From Nitrospinaceae bacterium (GTDB taxonomy: Bacteria; Nitrospinota; Nitrospinia; Nitrospinales; Nitrospinaceae), in the NCBI GenBank assembly GCA_965237905.1, contig OZ250172.1, positions 1,056,001 through 1,120,000 on the forward strand: DNA of 64,000 bases. The letters are read 5' to 3'. The first letter of the stretch is position 1. Every line of letters begins with the position of its first letter. Both the position numbers and the translations under genes were made by a program. The notes beneath the pieces were generated by a model, which was not told where the DNA came from, did no database searches, and saw only the letters and a list, made by a program, of their open reading frames with translations. Positions 9,313 to 18,089 of this stretch are shown piece by piece.

Positions 9313-9864
9313 CTACTTCTTTTCCCCGGCCTCAGTTGTCTGCCCGAATGTTTGAGCGATGACCTCGTTAATAGCCTTCTCACCTAAAATATTATATACA
9401 GCATTTGCCGACTTGAAGTGGGCACTGGTGAACAGGCTCATTACCTTTTTACTGGAATACCCGAGCATCATAAATTCGTGGGCGTAATTTTCGGCCACCA
9501 GGCGCAGGGTTTTATCGTCCGCGTCTTCGTCGCCGGTGGGCGGGCCTTCATCAGGATTGATATCGTCCTTGACCTCGTATATGTAGATCAAATGCCAGCC
9601 GAACTCGGTTTTAATGGGCCCGACCACATCCCCCTCCTCCGCGCTGAACGCGGCCACTTCAAAGGGGCGAACCATGGCACCTTTCCCGAACCAGCCCAAG
9701 TCGCCGCCGCGTTTTTTGGAGGGGCACTCGCTGTACTCCTCGGCCATTTTGGCGAACTCGGCACCATCATCCAATTTCTGATTTATTTCATCCGCCAATT
9801 CCTTGGTCGCGACCAGAATGTGGCGGGCCTGAATTTTTTTGACTTTCTTATCTGGATTGCTCAT
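9313..9864 (-). CDS. Parvulin (PpiC-type) PPIase fused to a C-terminal helical domain of unknown function
   Basis: ARHILV, SECPS..RGGDLGWF and KTEFGWHLI motifs; about 70 extra C-terminal residues. Confidence 0.88.
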   Translation of the reverse strand: MSNPDKKVKKIQARHILVATKELADEINQKLDDGAEFAKMAEEYSECPSKKRGGDLGWFGKGAMVRPFEVAAFSAEEGDVVGPIKTEFGWHLIYIYEVKDDINPDEGPPTGDEDADDKTLRLVAENYAHEFMMLGYSSKKVMSLFTSAHFKSANAVYNILGEKAINEVIAQTFGQTTEAGEKK

Positions 9865-9897
9865 AACTTTCCTGCCTTTATTTTGAATTGATATCAA

Positions 9898-10698
9898 TCA
9901 ATTTAATTTCAAACCACAACATTTTTTGAATTTTTTTCCGGACCCGCAAGGACACATTTCATTGCGTTGGACCTTGTGGGGTGTGACTTCCATTTTGGGT
10001 GAAGATTTCAACAATTCCTCACCAATCTGCTTGGCTTCCTTGTAACGCTGTTTCAGAATATCGTTGAGATTGGGAATAAACCGGATAAACTCCATAAGGA
10101 GTTCACTATTCGCCGGCTCGAGCTTGGCTTCCTCCTCTTCCCGGTTTTTCTCATTGAAATAATAGGTGTAGGGGAAAATAGGAGGCGGGCGATCTTCGGC
10201 GTGATCAAATTTGTAAAACGTCAGTTGAACGCTTTTGTTATCATTGCGCGGATCCAGCTCATAGGCCTCTTCGACGAAATGCTTGTTCTCATTATATTTA
10301 AAATCCAGCAGTTGTTTCGCCCGGGGGAACAGTTCCATATAGTTGACATAGCGTCCCGACTCGAACACGAGATAGGACATGGGGTTATTCTCCCCATAAG
10401 CCTTGGCCTCCATGTACCTCTGTTTGAACAGGATGATCATTTCATCCGTCACTTCCGCCATGAATTCATCGAGGATGGATGTTTGGGAGTCGGTTAACTC
10501 CGGATGATTGGGCAGGATTCCCTGTGTTTTATCGAAGTTCAACAGAAAGGAAAACCGGTTATCGTCGTCTTCCTTGTCACAAAGGGAAATGGTGACATGA
10601 TTGCAATCACAAAAAGGATTGGTGCAATAGTAATCTTCCAGAATGTAGAGACTTTTGAAATCTTCTTCCTCAAACCGGTAGGTCATGACCGAGTTCAA
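9898..10698 (-). CDS. SEC-C metal-binding motif protein with an internal domain duplication
   Basis: C-terminal RNEMCPCGSGKKFKKCC; N-terminal CTNPFCDC. Confidence 0.85.
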   Translation of the reverse strand: MNSVMTYRFEEEDFKSLYILEDYYCTNPFCDCNHVTISLCDKEDDDNRFSFLLNFDKTQGILPNHPELTDSQTSILDEFMAEVTDEMIILFKQRYMEAKAYGENNPMSYLVFESGRYVNYMELFPRAKQLLDFKYNENKHFVEEAYELDPRNDNKSVQLTFYKFDHAEDRPPPIFPYTYYFNEKNREEEEAKLEPANSELLMEFIRFIPNLNDILKQRYKEAKQIGEELLKSSPKMEVTPHKVQRNEMCPCGSGKKFKKCCGLKLN

Positions 10699-10770
10699 GC
10701 TTTCCTGATTATTGACAACACTGTACGCTTCGATGACGCTTCTCCTTCTTCACAACATTAATTCTGGCGC

Positions 10771-11199
10771 TCACTCTTCTTCCGTGATGATCCTCACCGC
10801 CCGGATGGAATCCTTGGACGGATCGTCCCGGTTGTTGACGTTGGCGTGGCCATATCGATAATAAAAGATCACCGCCCCATTATGGGGTTTCAGGTCGCTA
10901 GTCCAGGTGGTGTAGCCCCCTCCCGGAGAAAACGCACTGTCGATAAATATTTCAAACCGGTCGCTGTCGCGAATGGACGTTTCCTCGACAAACAGGCTTT
11001 CCGCTTCCTCCAGGTTTGGCATGTGCCAATCGTTATAGCCGGCAAACTTTTTATTGTTCAGTTCCCGGATGTAATCCTCGGCCTTGTACCAGGTATGGAA
11101 TATACTCTGGTCCTGGAATCCGTCGGTTTGCTTCCACATCAAACCTTCTTCCGTATCCGTGACGGTTCCATCCCCGTTATCTTTAAACCGTTTTCCCAT
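10771..11199 (-). CDS. DUF1566/Lcl C-terminal domain protein A
   Basis: RFKDNGDGTVTD..GLMW, DWHMP and IRAVR motifs. Confidence 0.9.
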   Translation of the reverse strand: MGKRFKDNGDGTVTDTEEGLMWKQTDGFQDQSIFHTWYKAEDYIRELNNKKFAGYNDWHMPNLEEAESLFVEETSIRDSDRFEIFIDSAFSPGGGYTTWTSDLKPHNGAVIFYYRYGHANVNNRDDPSKDSIRAVRIITEEE

Positions 11200-11220
11200 C
11201 GAAAGCGCTTGTCCGTCCGA

Positions 11221-11682
11221 TCAAACCTTGTTCATATCACGTACCAGACGGGTGGATCCCCGCGAAACCCGGTAGACGTCGTCGTACATCATCCCGCCCT
11301 TGCGGTAACCGAAGCGAACGGCCTGAATTTTATTCCGCACGTCGCTGGTCCAACACAAAAATCCGAACCCACCGGGGAAAAGAGAATGCAAATAAGCCTT
11401 TTGCCCCATATGATCCTTATTGATCTGGTTTTTATCGTATAAACTTTTCGCCTCTTCCGTCGTGGGAAGCCGCCAGTCGTTGTAACCGGCATAATGAGAC
11501 TGGCTCAACTCTTTCGCATAATCGCGGGACTGAACCCAGTTGAGCCATTTACCGGTCATCTGATACGTATCCTGCCTGAGCCAAACCAGCTTCCGCGTTA
11601 GATCGATCACCGTATGTTCATCCGCCTCGGCAAACCGCTCCTGAACGGCGGTTGAAGCAGGCGTGGGTTCGGAGGGACTCAT
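11221..11682 (-). CDS. DUF1566/Lcl protein B
   Basis: TVID...LVW, GYNDWRLPT and TRLVR motifs. Confidence 0.88.
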   Translation of the reverse strand: MSPSEPTPASTAVQERFAEADEHTVIDLTRKLVWLRQDTYQMTGKWLNWVQSRDYAKELSQSHYAGYNDWRLPTTEEAKSLYDKNQINKDHMGQKAYLHSLFPGGFGFLCWTSDVRNKIQAVRFGYRKGGMMYDDVYRVSRGSTRLVRDMNKV

Positions 11683-12572
11683 TATTCCTTTTCCTCTGGC
11701 AGCAGTGTTCGTACCGCGCGTACGCCGTGGCTTCGCAGTCCTTTTTTATGAAACTTATGATCCCCGCTGTAAAAGTTAAACCGCATCGCTATGCTGTCGT
11801 CGGTTTTATGCAGGGTTTTGGTCCAGGTGGTCTGTCCCGCACCGGGCGGAAACACTGGGACCAGATACAGGGTATCGCCATAAGTGTCGATTACGGGATT
11901 GTTGGGATCGTGGATGGATTGCGCCTCTTTACGTGTGGGCAATCTCCAGTCGCTGTGACCGCCGAATTCCTCTTTGTTGAGCACACTGACTTGGACCTTG
12001 GCCTCGGACCAGCTGATCCATTTGTCCAAATCCAGGTAGGAATCGTCCTGCTTCCACATCAATCCCGTTTCCAGATCGCTGACGGTACCATTGTTGTGAA
12101 CCACATAGCGCTCTTCCGGGGGCAGTTTTGATTCGGCCGTGATGGAGCGGACGGGACGGATGCCGCTGGGGAATCCTTCATTTTCGCGGGCCAGCCAAAA
12201 TTCGTAATCGGCACGGAAATCGTAACCCATCGCCGCCTTGGCGCCGCGGGTTTCGGTGGTCCAGGTCGTGTACCCGCACCCGGAAGTAAATACTGGATCG
12301 ATGTGAGCTTCACACCCCTCCATATCGGTATTGCTGAATTCGGGATCATACAACTCGCGGGCTTCCTGGCCGTTGGGAAATCGCCAGTCGGAGTGCCCAG
12401 CGAATTTTTTTTCGTTCAGCTCTTTGATGTATTCCTGGCCTTGCCACCACGAAACCAGTTTACCGAGCTTCACCCAAGTATCGTCCTTGGCCCACATCAG
12501 GTTTTTTCGAGTATCGGTGACGGTTTCATCCCCGTTATCAATAAACCTGGTTTTAACTTTGGTTCCGCTCAT
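11682..12572 (-). CDS. Tandem two-domain DUF1566/Lcl protein C
   Basis: Two copies of DNG.TV.D..LMW / DWR.P / R.VR; ATG at 12572 follows GAGG. Confidence 0.9.
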   Translation of the reverse strand: MSGTKVKTRFIDNGDETVTDTRKNLMWAKDDTWVKLGKLVSWWQGQEYIKELNEKKFAGHSDWRFPNGQEARELYDPEFSNTDMEGCEAHIDPVFTSGCGYTTWTTETRGAKAAMGYDFRADYEFWLARENEGFPSGIRPVRSITAESKLPPEERYVVHNNGTVSDLETGLMWKQDDSYLDLDKWISWSEAKVQVSVLNKEEFGGHSDWRLPTRKEAQSIHDPNNPVIDTYGDTLYLVPVFPPGAGQTTWTKTLHKTDDSIAMRFNFYSGDHKFHKKGLRSHGVRAVRTLLPEEKE

Positions 12573-12585
12573 AATAGTGGTTTCC

Positions 12586-13095
12586 TCAAGTGTTTCTTCT
12601 GCGACCAACGGTTTTGACCGGGTCTTTGCGGCAGATTCTTACCGACCCGAACGCATATTCATCGGCGCTGGCGATTTGGCCCTGGGTGTAATCGAACCGG
12701 GGCCGCCGTGTAGAGGTGTCCGCCATGGTCCATTGCATTTTGAACGAACCTTCGGGAAACAGGGAATCGATATGAACCGTTTCGCCGGTTTTGCCGGTAT
12801 TCTCCCACTCTGCATCGTACAGGGTGGCCGCCTCTTCGTTGGTCGGTAAGCGCCAGTCCGAGAATCCGCCAATTTTACGTACATTCTTTCTTTCGGCGTA
12901 GTCTTTGGATTCATGCCAGTTGAAATATTTTCCTTTGTCCTGCCAGGAATCTTTTTTCAGCCAGTACATTCCCGTTTGGGTGTCCTGGATCACCAGGGGT
13001 CCGTGTACCACGAACCGCTTGGGACCTTCTTCAACGACTTCCAGTTTGTCGGTTTGCGCGTCGTGAACAACCGGTTTGGTTTCCTCGTCTGCCAT
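12586..13095 (-). CDS. DUF1566/Lcl protein D
   Basis: IQDTQTGMYW, GFSDWRLPT and SVRICR motifs; RBS before MADEETK. Confidence 0.88.
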   Translation of the reverse strand: MADEETKPVVHDAQTDKLEVVEEGPKRFVVHGPLVIQDTQTGMYWLKKDSWQDKGKYFNWHESKDYAERKNVRKIGGFSDWRLPTNEEAATLYDAEWENTGKTGETVHIDSLFPEGSFKMQWTMADTSTRRPRFDYTQGQIASADEYAFGSVRICRKDPVKTVGRRRNT

Positions 13096-13111
13096 AGCGT
13101 GACTTCTCCCC

Positions 13112-13327
13112 TTAATCGGTATAGCCGATTTCGACGTTATCTTCATCGACGTTGACAATCACCGGAATCACATAATCCCCGTTGGAATATTCCAGCATTT
13201 TCTCAAGACCCTGAGGATTGCTCTCCACATTGACATAGATAAAAGGTTTGCACTGTTTTTTATAATCCTGACGGGCCTTGGTAGTGTAAGGACAATCGTC
13301 TTTCCCAAATATCATGTAGTGACTCAC
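13112..13327 (-). CDS. Glutaredoxin-like protein, Cys version of the UXX-star (seleno)protein family
   Basis: IFGKDDCPYTTKAR, YVNV and IPVIV...VEIGY motifs; GTG start after GAGAGG. Confidence 0.75.
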   Translation of the reverse strand: MSHYMIFGKDDCPYTTKARQDYKKQCKPFIYVNVESNPQGLEKMLEYSNGDYVIPVIVNVDEDNVEIGYTD

Positions 13328-13357
13328 AACAACACCTCTCTTCGAGCACAAGCGATT

Positions 13358-14011
13358 TTAACCATCGAACTTTTTGGTCTCGCTCCGCCAATCGGGTTCC
13401 CACGACTCTTTCAGTTCATCGCGGACGGCCCGGACATGGCAAAATTCGTTATCCTTGTGTTCCCACATATCGTTACCGGTAACGTAGCTGAAAATCATGG
13501 CGTATTGCTGAAAATCCGGCTTTTCCTCATACGTCCAGGTATTGTGTCCGCCGCCGGACGCGAACAGAGGATCAATATGGACTTCCGCGCCGTCCTTGTC
13601 CTGGTTGGATACGGCAAACGCGAACAGCGATTTGGCCTCATCAAAGCCGGCCAGCCGCCAATCGTCGAAACCAGCGAATTTTTTTTCGTTCAGTTCCTCG
13701 ATATAATCGTTGGATTCAAACCAGTTGATGCCGTAACCAAAGTCGGCAAAGGAGTCGCTTTTTTTCCACATCAGATTGGAGATGGAATCGCTGATGGTTT
13801 CGTTGCCGTTATCAACTAACTGGGGAACATCCGGCTCTTCCTCTGCCTCTGCCTCCTCCTCGATTTCCTCCCACTCGTCGTCGCCGATCCACTCGTCGGC
13901 GTCGAAGCCTTCTTCATCTTCAAAGTCGTCATCGAGCGGCAGGGTCTTTTTGGCTTCCTCACCGGGGACTTCTTTTTCTTCCGACGGGTCCTTCACTTCT
14001 TCTTCGGACAC
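13358..14011 (-). CDS. DUF1566/Lcl protein E with an acidic N-terminal tail
   Basis: DNGNETISD..NLMW, DWRLA and HVRAVR motifs; about 60 D/E-rich N-terminal residues. Confidence 0.88.
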   Translation of the reverse strand: MSEEEVKDPSEEKEVPGEEAKKTLPLDDDFEDEEGFDADEWIGDDEWEEIEEEAEAEEEPDVPQLVDNGNETISDSISNLMWKKSDSFADFGYGINWFESNDYIEELNEKKFAGFDDWRLAGFDEAKSLFAFAVSNQDKDGAEVHIDPLFASGGGHNTWTYEEKPDFQQYAMIFSYVTGNDMWEHKDNEFCHVRAVRDELKESWEPDWRSETKKFDG

Positions 14012-14057
14012 GGTGGCTCTCCTTATCGCCGCTCAATCAAAGCGGCGGGTTATGAAT

Positions 14058-14498
14058 TCAAGCGTCCCTGACCAGGCGAACCGAGGTTCCCGTGGTCGAG
14101 ACCTGCTGGTCCACACACACTTCCTTGATGACAGGGAAATAACATTTCCAGGCGTAGGAATCGTACCGGGTTTCCGAGGTCCAGTAACTCCATTCCCCAC
14201 CTGCCTGATAATTGGCAACGGAACGTTTTTTTTTGGCGGGAAGGTTCACGAACAGCGCCTCATAGGCTTCCTTCGCTTTGAGCAGGCCTCGCATTTCGCT
14301 TTTCGTGGGCAATCGCCAGTCGGTGGTCCCCAGATATTTCTGCTCGTTACAAGCCTCCCGGTAGGCGTTGGCCTCATCCCAATTGAGCCATTTGCCCAAT
14401 TCCTGCCGGGAGTCTTTTTTGACCCAGATCAAATCCTCGTCCACTTGAGCTACGGTTCCGTCACCATTATCTTTAAACAGTTTTTCCCAATCCGCCAT
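14058..14498 (-). CDS. DUF1566/Lcl protein F
   Basis: FKDNGDGTV, DWRLPT, YWTS and SVRLVR motifs. Confidence 0.88.
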   Translation of the reverse strand: MADWEKLFKDNGDGTVAQVDEDLIWVKKDSRQELGKWLNWDEANAYREACNEQKYLGTTDWRLPTKSEMRGLLKAKEAYEALFVNLPAKKKRSVANYQAGGEWSYWTSETRYDSYAWKCYFPVIKEVCVDQQVSTTGTSVRLVRDA

Positions 14499-14700
14499 AT
14501 AATTGCCAAAACCCAAAACCAACTTCTCGTTTTGGGTTATTGTGAATTTTTTAGAGCGGCCCTACCCCTTTGGAGGGTGGCCCCCTAACACCCTAAATTT
14601 TAAGAAAGTTTACCGTTAAAGTATCACCCACCCGGCTATATTTCAATACCTAACCAAGAGAAAACTGTCCGACCGCCTATTTTTACCAAATCCTTATAAA

Positions 14701-15195
14701 TCAGCGCTGATCACTGATCATCATGCCTCTTTTAGGCGGAATTTTCCCCAAGGAGGCTTTGGATTCCTCGTCCATGGTTCCCCGCACCAGGCGAACGCTG
14801 GTATCCAGGGTGTCGTCTACCTCTTTATGGCCTCCAGTGCCACTGGCAAAGGAAAACACATAAGCGGTGATCCTGCCTCGGGAATTGCTGGTCCAGGTGT
14901 CATAGCCACAGCCCTCGGTAAAGACCGGATCGATATACAAGGCCATTTCGTACTTGTCCTGGATGGATTTTTCCTTCTCCCTGTAATACAGGGAATGCGC
15001 CTCTTCCTTGCTGGGCAGTCGCCAGTCGCTGTATCCCGCGAAGGATTCTTCATTCATTTTAGCCATGAGTTTTTTAGCGGCGGCATAGACCAGAAATCTT
15101 CTAAAAATGTTGTAGGAATCTTCTTGCATCCACATCAGATTAGATTTGTGGTCGGTCACGGTTCCGTCGCCATTATCTACAAATCGTTCTTCCAT
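14701..15195 (-). CDS. DUF1566/Lcl protein G
   Basis: RFVDNGDGTVTD..LMW, GYSDWRLPS and SVRLVR motifs. Confidence 0.9.
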   Translation of the reverse strand: MEERFVDNGDGTVTDHKSNLMWMQEDSYNIFRRFLVYAAAKKLMAKMNEESFAGYSDWRLPSKEEAHSLYYREKEKSIQDKYEMALYIDPVFTEGCGYDTWTSNSRGRITAYVFSFASGTGGHKEVDDTLDTSVRLVRGTMDEESKASLGKIPPKRGMMISDQR

Positions 15196-15267
15196 ACTTG
15201 CCTCTTAAAATTCTATTTGCAAATTTCCACTTAAAGTTTAGATCAGGTCCCCGGAACATTGGGTTCA

Positions 15268-15303
15268 AAAAAAAGCCGGAAGGTCGAAACCCTCCGGCTT
15301 TGC
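15268..15303 (-). terminator. Rho-independent terminator after the secreted hypothetical gene
   Basis: Minus strand: AAAGCCGGAGGG-TTTCG-ACCTTCCGGCTTTTTTT. Confidence 0.75.
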
Positions 15304-15326
15304 TAATACAGATGTAAGAGTGAAAC

Positions 15327-15818
15327 TTAGCGATTGGCCTCAGACTTGGCGCCCGTAACACCGTAGATACCGCGCTCGGTGCCTTCCGGCATACCCAGAG
15401 TCGGCTCGATGTACGTGCCCGGCTGTACGTGGTCCATATGGTAATTGGACTGATACGTTTTACCGGAACCCGCGTCGATTTTCCAGTCATGGCGGTCAAA
15501 GCGCTGACGCTGACAGTTCACCACAATGGTACCCGGGCCCTTGTTCCAAAAGTCTGTTTTCATAGCAATCGAACCGGCCTGATACCCACCGGGAGCAATC
15601 ACTCTTGTCATTTTTTTGCCCCAATTGTAGCCCCAAGGGCCAATATCAAATGTTACCGTGGTGGATTTGGTCTCACTGGTGTTGTAGAAAATCCACGAGG
15701 CGTTTTCACAAACACTGTGTCCCCCCGACTTAAGGTTTGTTTCATTGGCGGCGGCCAAGGACGCGAAGGCCAACAGAACGAAAGCCACGGACAGGACGGC
15801 AATTAATTTTCTTACCAT
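15327..15818 (-). CDS. Secreted hypothetical protein
   Basis: Sec signal peptide (MVRKLIAV...AAA), GGGAG RBS, two Cys, beta-rich N-terminal domain. Confidence 0.75.
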   Translation of the reverse strand: MVRKLIAVLSVAFVLLAFASLAAANETNLKSGGHSVCENASWIFYNTSETKSTTVTFDIGPWGYNWGKKMTRVIAPGGYQAGSIAMKTDFWNKGPGTIVVNCQRQRFDRHDWKIDAGSGKTYQSNYHMDHVQPGTYIEPTLGMPEGTERGIYGVTGAKSEANR

Positions 15819-16128
15819 TGTGCTCCCCCTTTCAAATTGGTGGTATTTAAGAACACTACTTTTATTTTATATATACAAAAGTCAACTGGACTCAAAAACT
15901 CTTTTTGAACGCGGACCGCACTTTTGAATAACATTCAAAATCCGCACGTTAGACACTGCCCCATGGCCGACCCCTCGTGAGAGCCCACCACTAGTCTCGT
16001 ATGGAGGGGAAAATATCAAAACCCGCCTACCAAGTCAAGGTATAAATTTTAACACAATCCCTGAATTATAATCCCATAAAAAACAAAGGGTTACCTGAGA
16101 ACGGGGCCGTTCCCTGCAAATCCCCTCG

Positions 16129-16524
16129 TCAGACCTGAAATTTGAGGGAAGTCAAATTTATCAAGTGGGTGGAGTTCATCAGAGCCCGCTCCCCTTCCTC
16201 AGTCAAGTCGTTGACCACCAGCTGGATGGATTTCAGATTGCCCAAGGTGGTGGAATTGGCAAGAAATTCAGCACCGACATCGGTGATACGATTGGACTTC
16301 AAGTTTAACGTTCTCAAATTGGAAAAGAGGGGCGACTCAGCGACCGCTTTGACTCCCACATCTCCGATATCGTTTTGCGAAAGGTCCAACGCACGCAAGG
16401 TGGACAATTCTTCGCATTGAGCCAACTCTTTCGCACCGACTTCACGAATATATTTGGCTTTGAGGTTGAGCACCTGCCCGTCTTTACTCAGATGGGTTTT
16501 AATCAGTTTTTTTATATCCGCCAT
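16129..16524 (-). CDS. Leucine-rich repeat protein (RI/GALA-like)
   Basis: LDLSQNDIGDVGVKAVA and LNLKSNRITDVGAEFLA repeats. Confidence 0.88.
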   Translation of the reverse strand: MADIKKLIKTHLSKDGQVLNLKAKYIREVGAKELAQCEELSTLRALDLSQNDIGDVGVKAVAESPLFSNLRTLNLKSNRITDVGAEFLANSTTLGNLKSIQLVVNDLTEEGERALMNSTHLINLTSLKFQV

Positions 16525-16568
16525 AAATGAGCCGCTTCCATGATCTTTTAAATTAAGTTCAATTAAGT

Positions 16569-17372
16569 TTATCCCAAACCTGGGATATCTTTAGCTTCAA
16601 ATCCATATTCGTCAAACGCCTTCCATCCCACGGCCAGCATTTTCTTGGCGTACTTGGACATCAAGTTGGCCTGGGAATGATTGGGATCAATTTCCAGAGT
16701 CTTTTTAATCAGCTTCAGGGCTTTTTGAACATCCTGGATTTCGCTTCCATATTTGGCGATCTGACGGGATTTGTCGATCAGGTCCGATCCCCACTTGTAA
16801 TAAATATTGGCCAGTTGAACCGGCGCTTCCTTACTGATGAAGTCTACCAGCTCGTCATCGGCTTTTAACTGCGGGAGAAATTCCATAGCTTTCTGAAAGT
16901 GATGGATCGGAACTGCGTAATCTTCCTCGAAAACCTCGACGATGGAATCCCCCGGCTTGTGAGCGGAATGCAAACCGATAGAGCTCTTCACCACCACGGA
17001 TTGGATTCCGGACAGTAGCTGATGAAAAATCAGATTGCCCATTCCATAATGGATGATCGCATGGAAGTCCTGTTCCGTATCGCATTCGAGAGCGCGTTCG
17101 TATTCGGCTTTGGCTTCTTCCCTGTCTCCCAATTCTTCCAGCGCTTCTGCCAGATTGTAATGATGAACACAATTGTCCGGATCTTCTTCAAGAACGGCAC
17201 GAAACTCCTCGATTTGCGCCTCCAGATCGAACTCTGCCAGCTCCCCTCCTTCCTTCTCAAGCTTGTCGCGGGCCGCTTCGTCCTCCTCGACTTCTTGCAG
17301 GTTGGGATCGATCTCTTCTTCAGCCGCCGTTTGCTCCGGCACGGTGTTTTCTTCTTTATCTTCGGGACTCAT
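16569..17372 (-). CDS. TPR protein with an acidic N-terminus
   Basis: HYNLAEALEELG..AKAEYERALE and KKTLEIDPNH motifs. Confidence 0.82.
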   Translation of the reverse strand: MSPEDKEENTVPEQTAAEEEIDPNLQEVEEDEAARDKLEKEGGELAEFDLEAQIEEFRAVLEEDPDNCVHHYNLAEALEELGDREEAKAEYERALECDTEQDFHAIIHYGMGNLIFHQLLSGIQSVVVKSSIGLHSAHKPGDSIVEVFEEDYAVPIHHFQKAMEFLPQLKADDELVDFISKEAPVQLANIYYKWGSDLIDKSRQIAKYGSEIQDVQKALKLIKKTLEIDPNHSQANLMSKYAKKMLAVGWKAFDEYGFEAKDIPGLG

Positions 17373-17401
17373 AGTCTAAAGAATTTCCATAGGTCGGAGG
17401 C

Positions 17402-18073
17402 TCATTTTCTTGCCAGTTCTGAACCGTTGTTATCGCGTACCGCGCGAATCACACTGAGAGAATGCTGAATGCCCCCCTTCATGCTCGGATACGCCTTACC
17501 GCGGATATAATTATATCCCCAGGCCATATCGCCCTTGGCCTCTTCACTGCTCCAATAACAGCAATGGCTCTTCCCGAATATGGGATCGATATGCAGTTCG
17601 TTTTTGGTCCAGTAATAGTTCCAGGGAACCGATTGCTTTTCATCAAACAGAGTGGCCAACTCTTTACGGGTCGGCAAGCGCCAGGTACCCGCTCCCCCAA
17701 ATTTGGCTTCATTCAACTCGCGGATATAATCCTGGGCCTTATGCCAGTTGATCCACTGCTTGCGGACTTGATACGAATCGATCTGAACCCAGATCAGTTT
17801 TGTTTCGAGATCGGTCACGGTTCCGTTTTTATTATCCTGGAACCGAGGGTTATCGGAGGAGGGAGCGACGTCTGTTTTCGGCTCGGTCAACGTCAAAATC
17901 TGCCCGCCGAATTCATAATCCGTCTTGTCTTCCTTGGCCTGTTGCGCCGTCGGATTATCCGGTATCGGTTCGCCTGCCAGACCTGCAGAAGGAACAACCG
18001 CCAAGGCGATCGCCAAAAGTATTGCCTTCAATACCGGAAGGGCCTGCCGTTGAACCGGGTTGATCTCTGCCAT
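17402..18073 (-). CDS. Exported DUF1566/Lcl protein H
   Basis: GAGGAGG RBS, hydrophobic signal segment, RFQDNKNGTVTD, WRLPT and IRAVR motifs. Confidence 0.88.
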   Translation of the reverse strand: MAEINPVQRQALPVLKAILLAIALAVVPSAGLAGEPIPDNPTAQQAKEDKTDYEFGGQILTLTEPKTDVAPSSDNPRFQDNKNGTVTDLETKLIWVQIDSYQVRKQWINWHKAQDYIRELNEAKFGGAGTWRLPTRKELATLFDEKQSVPWNYYWTKNELHIDPIFGKSHCCYWSSEEAKGDMAWGYNYIRGKAYPSMKGGIQHSLSVIRAVRDNNGSELARK

Positions 18074-18089
18074 GCGTTGCCTCCTCACG

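Noticed and set aside
13100..13130. Selenocysteine read-through in the glutaredoxin
   Set aside because: The active-site codon is TGT and the stop is TAA.
10771..18073. Diversity-generating retroelement targeting the DUF1566 genes
   Set aside because: No reverse transcriptase or Avd gene, and no TR/VR pair differing only at adenines is visible; the paralogs differ throughout. A remote DGR cannot be excluded.
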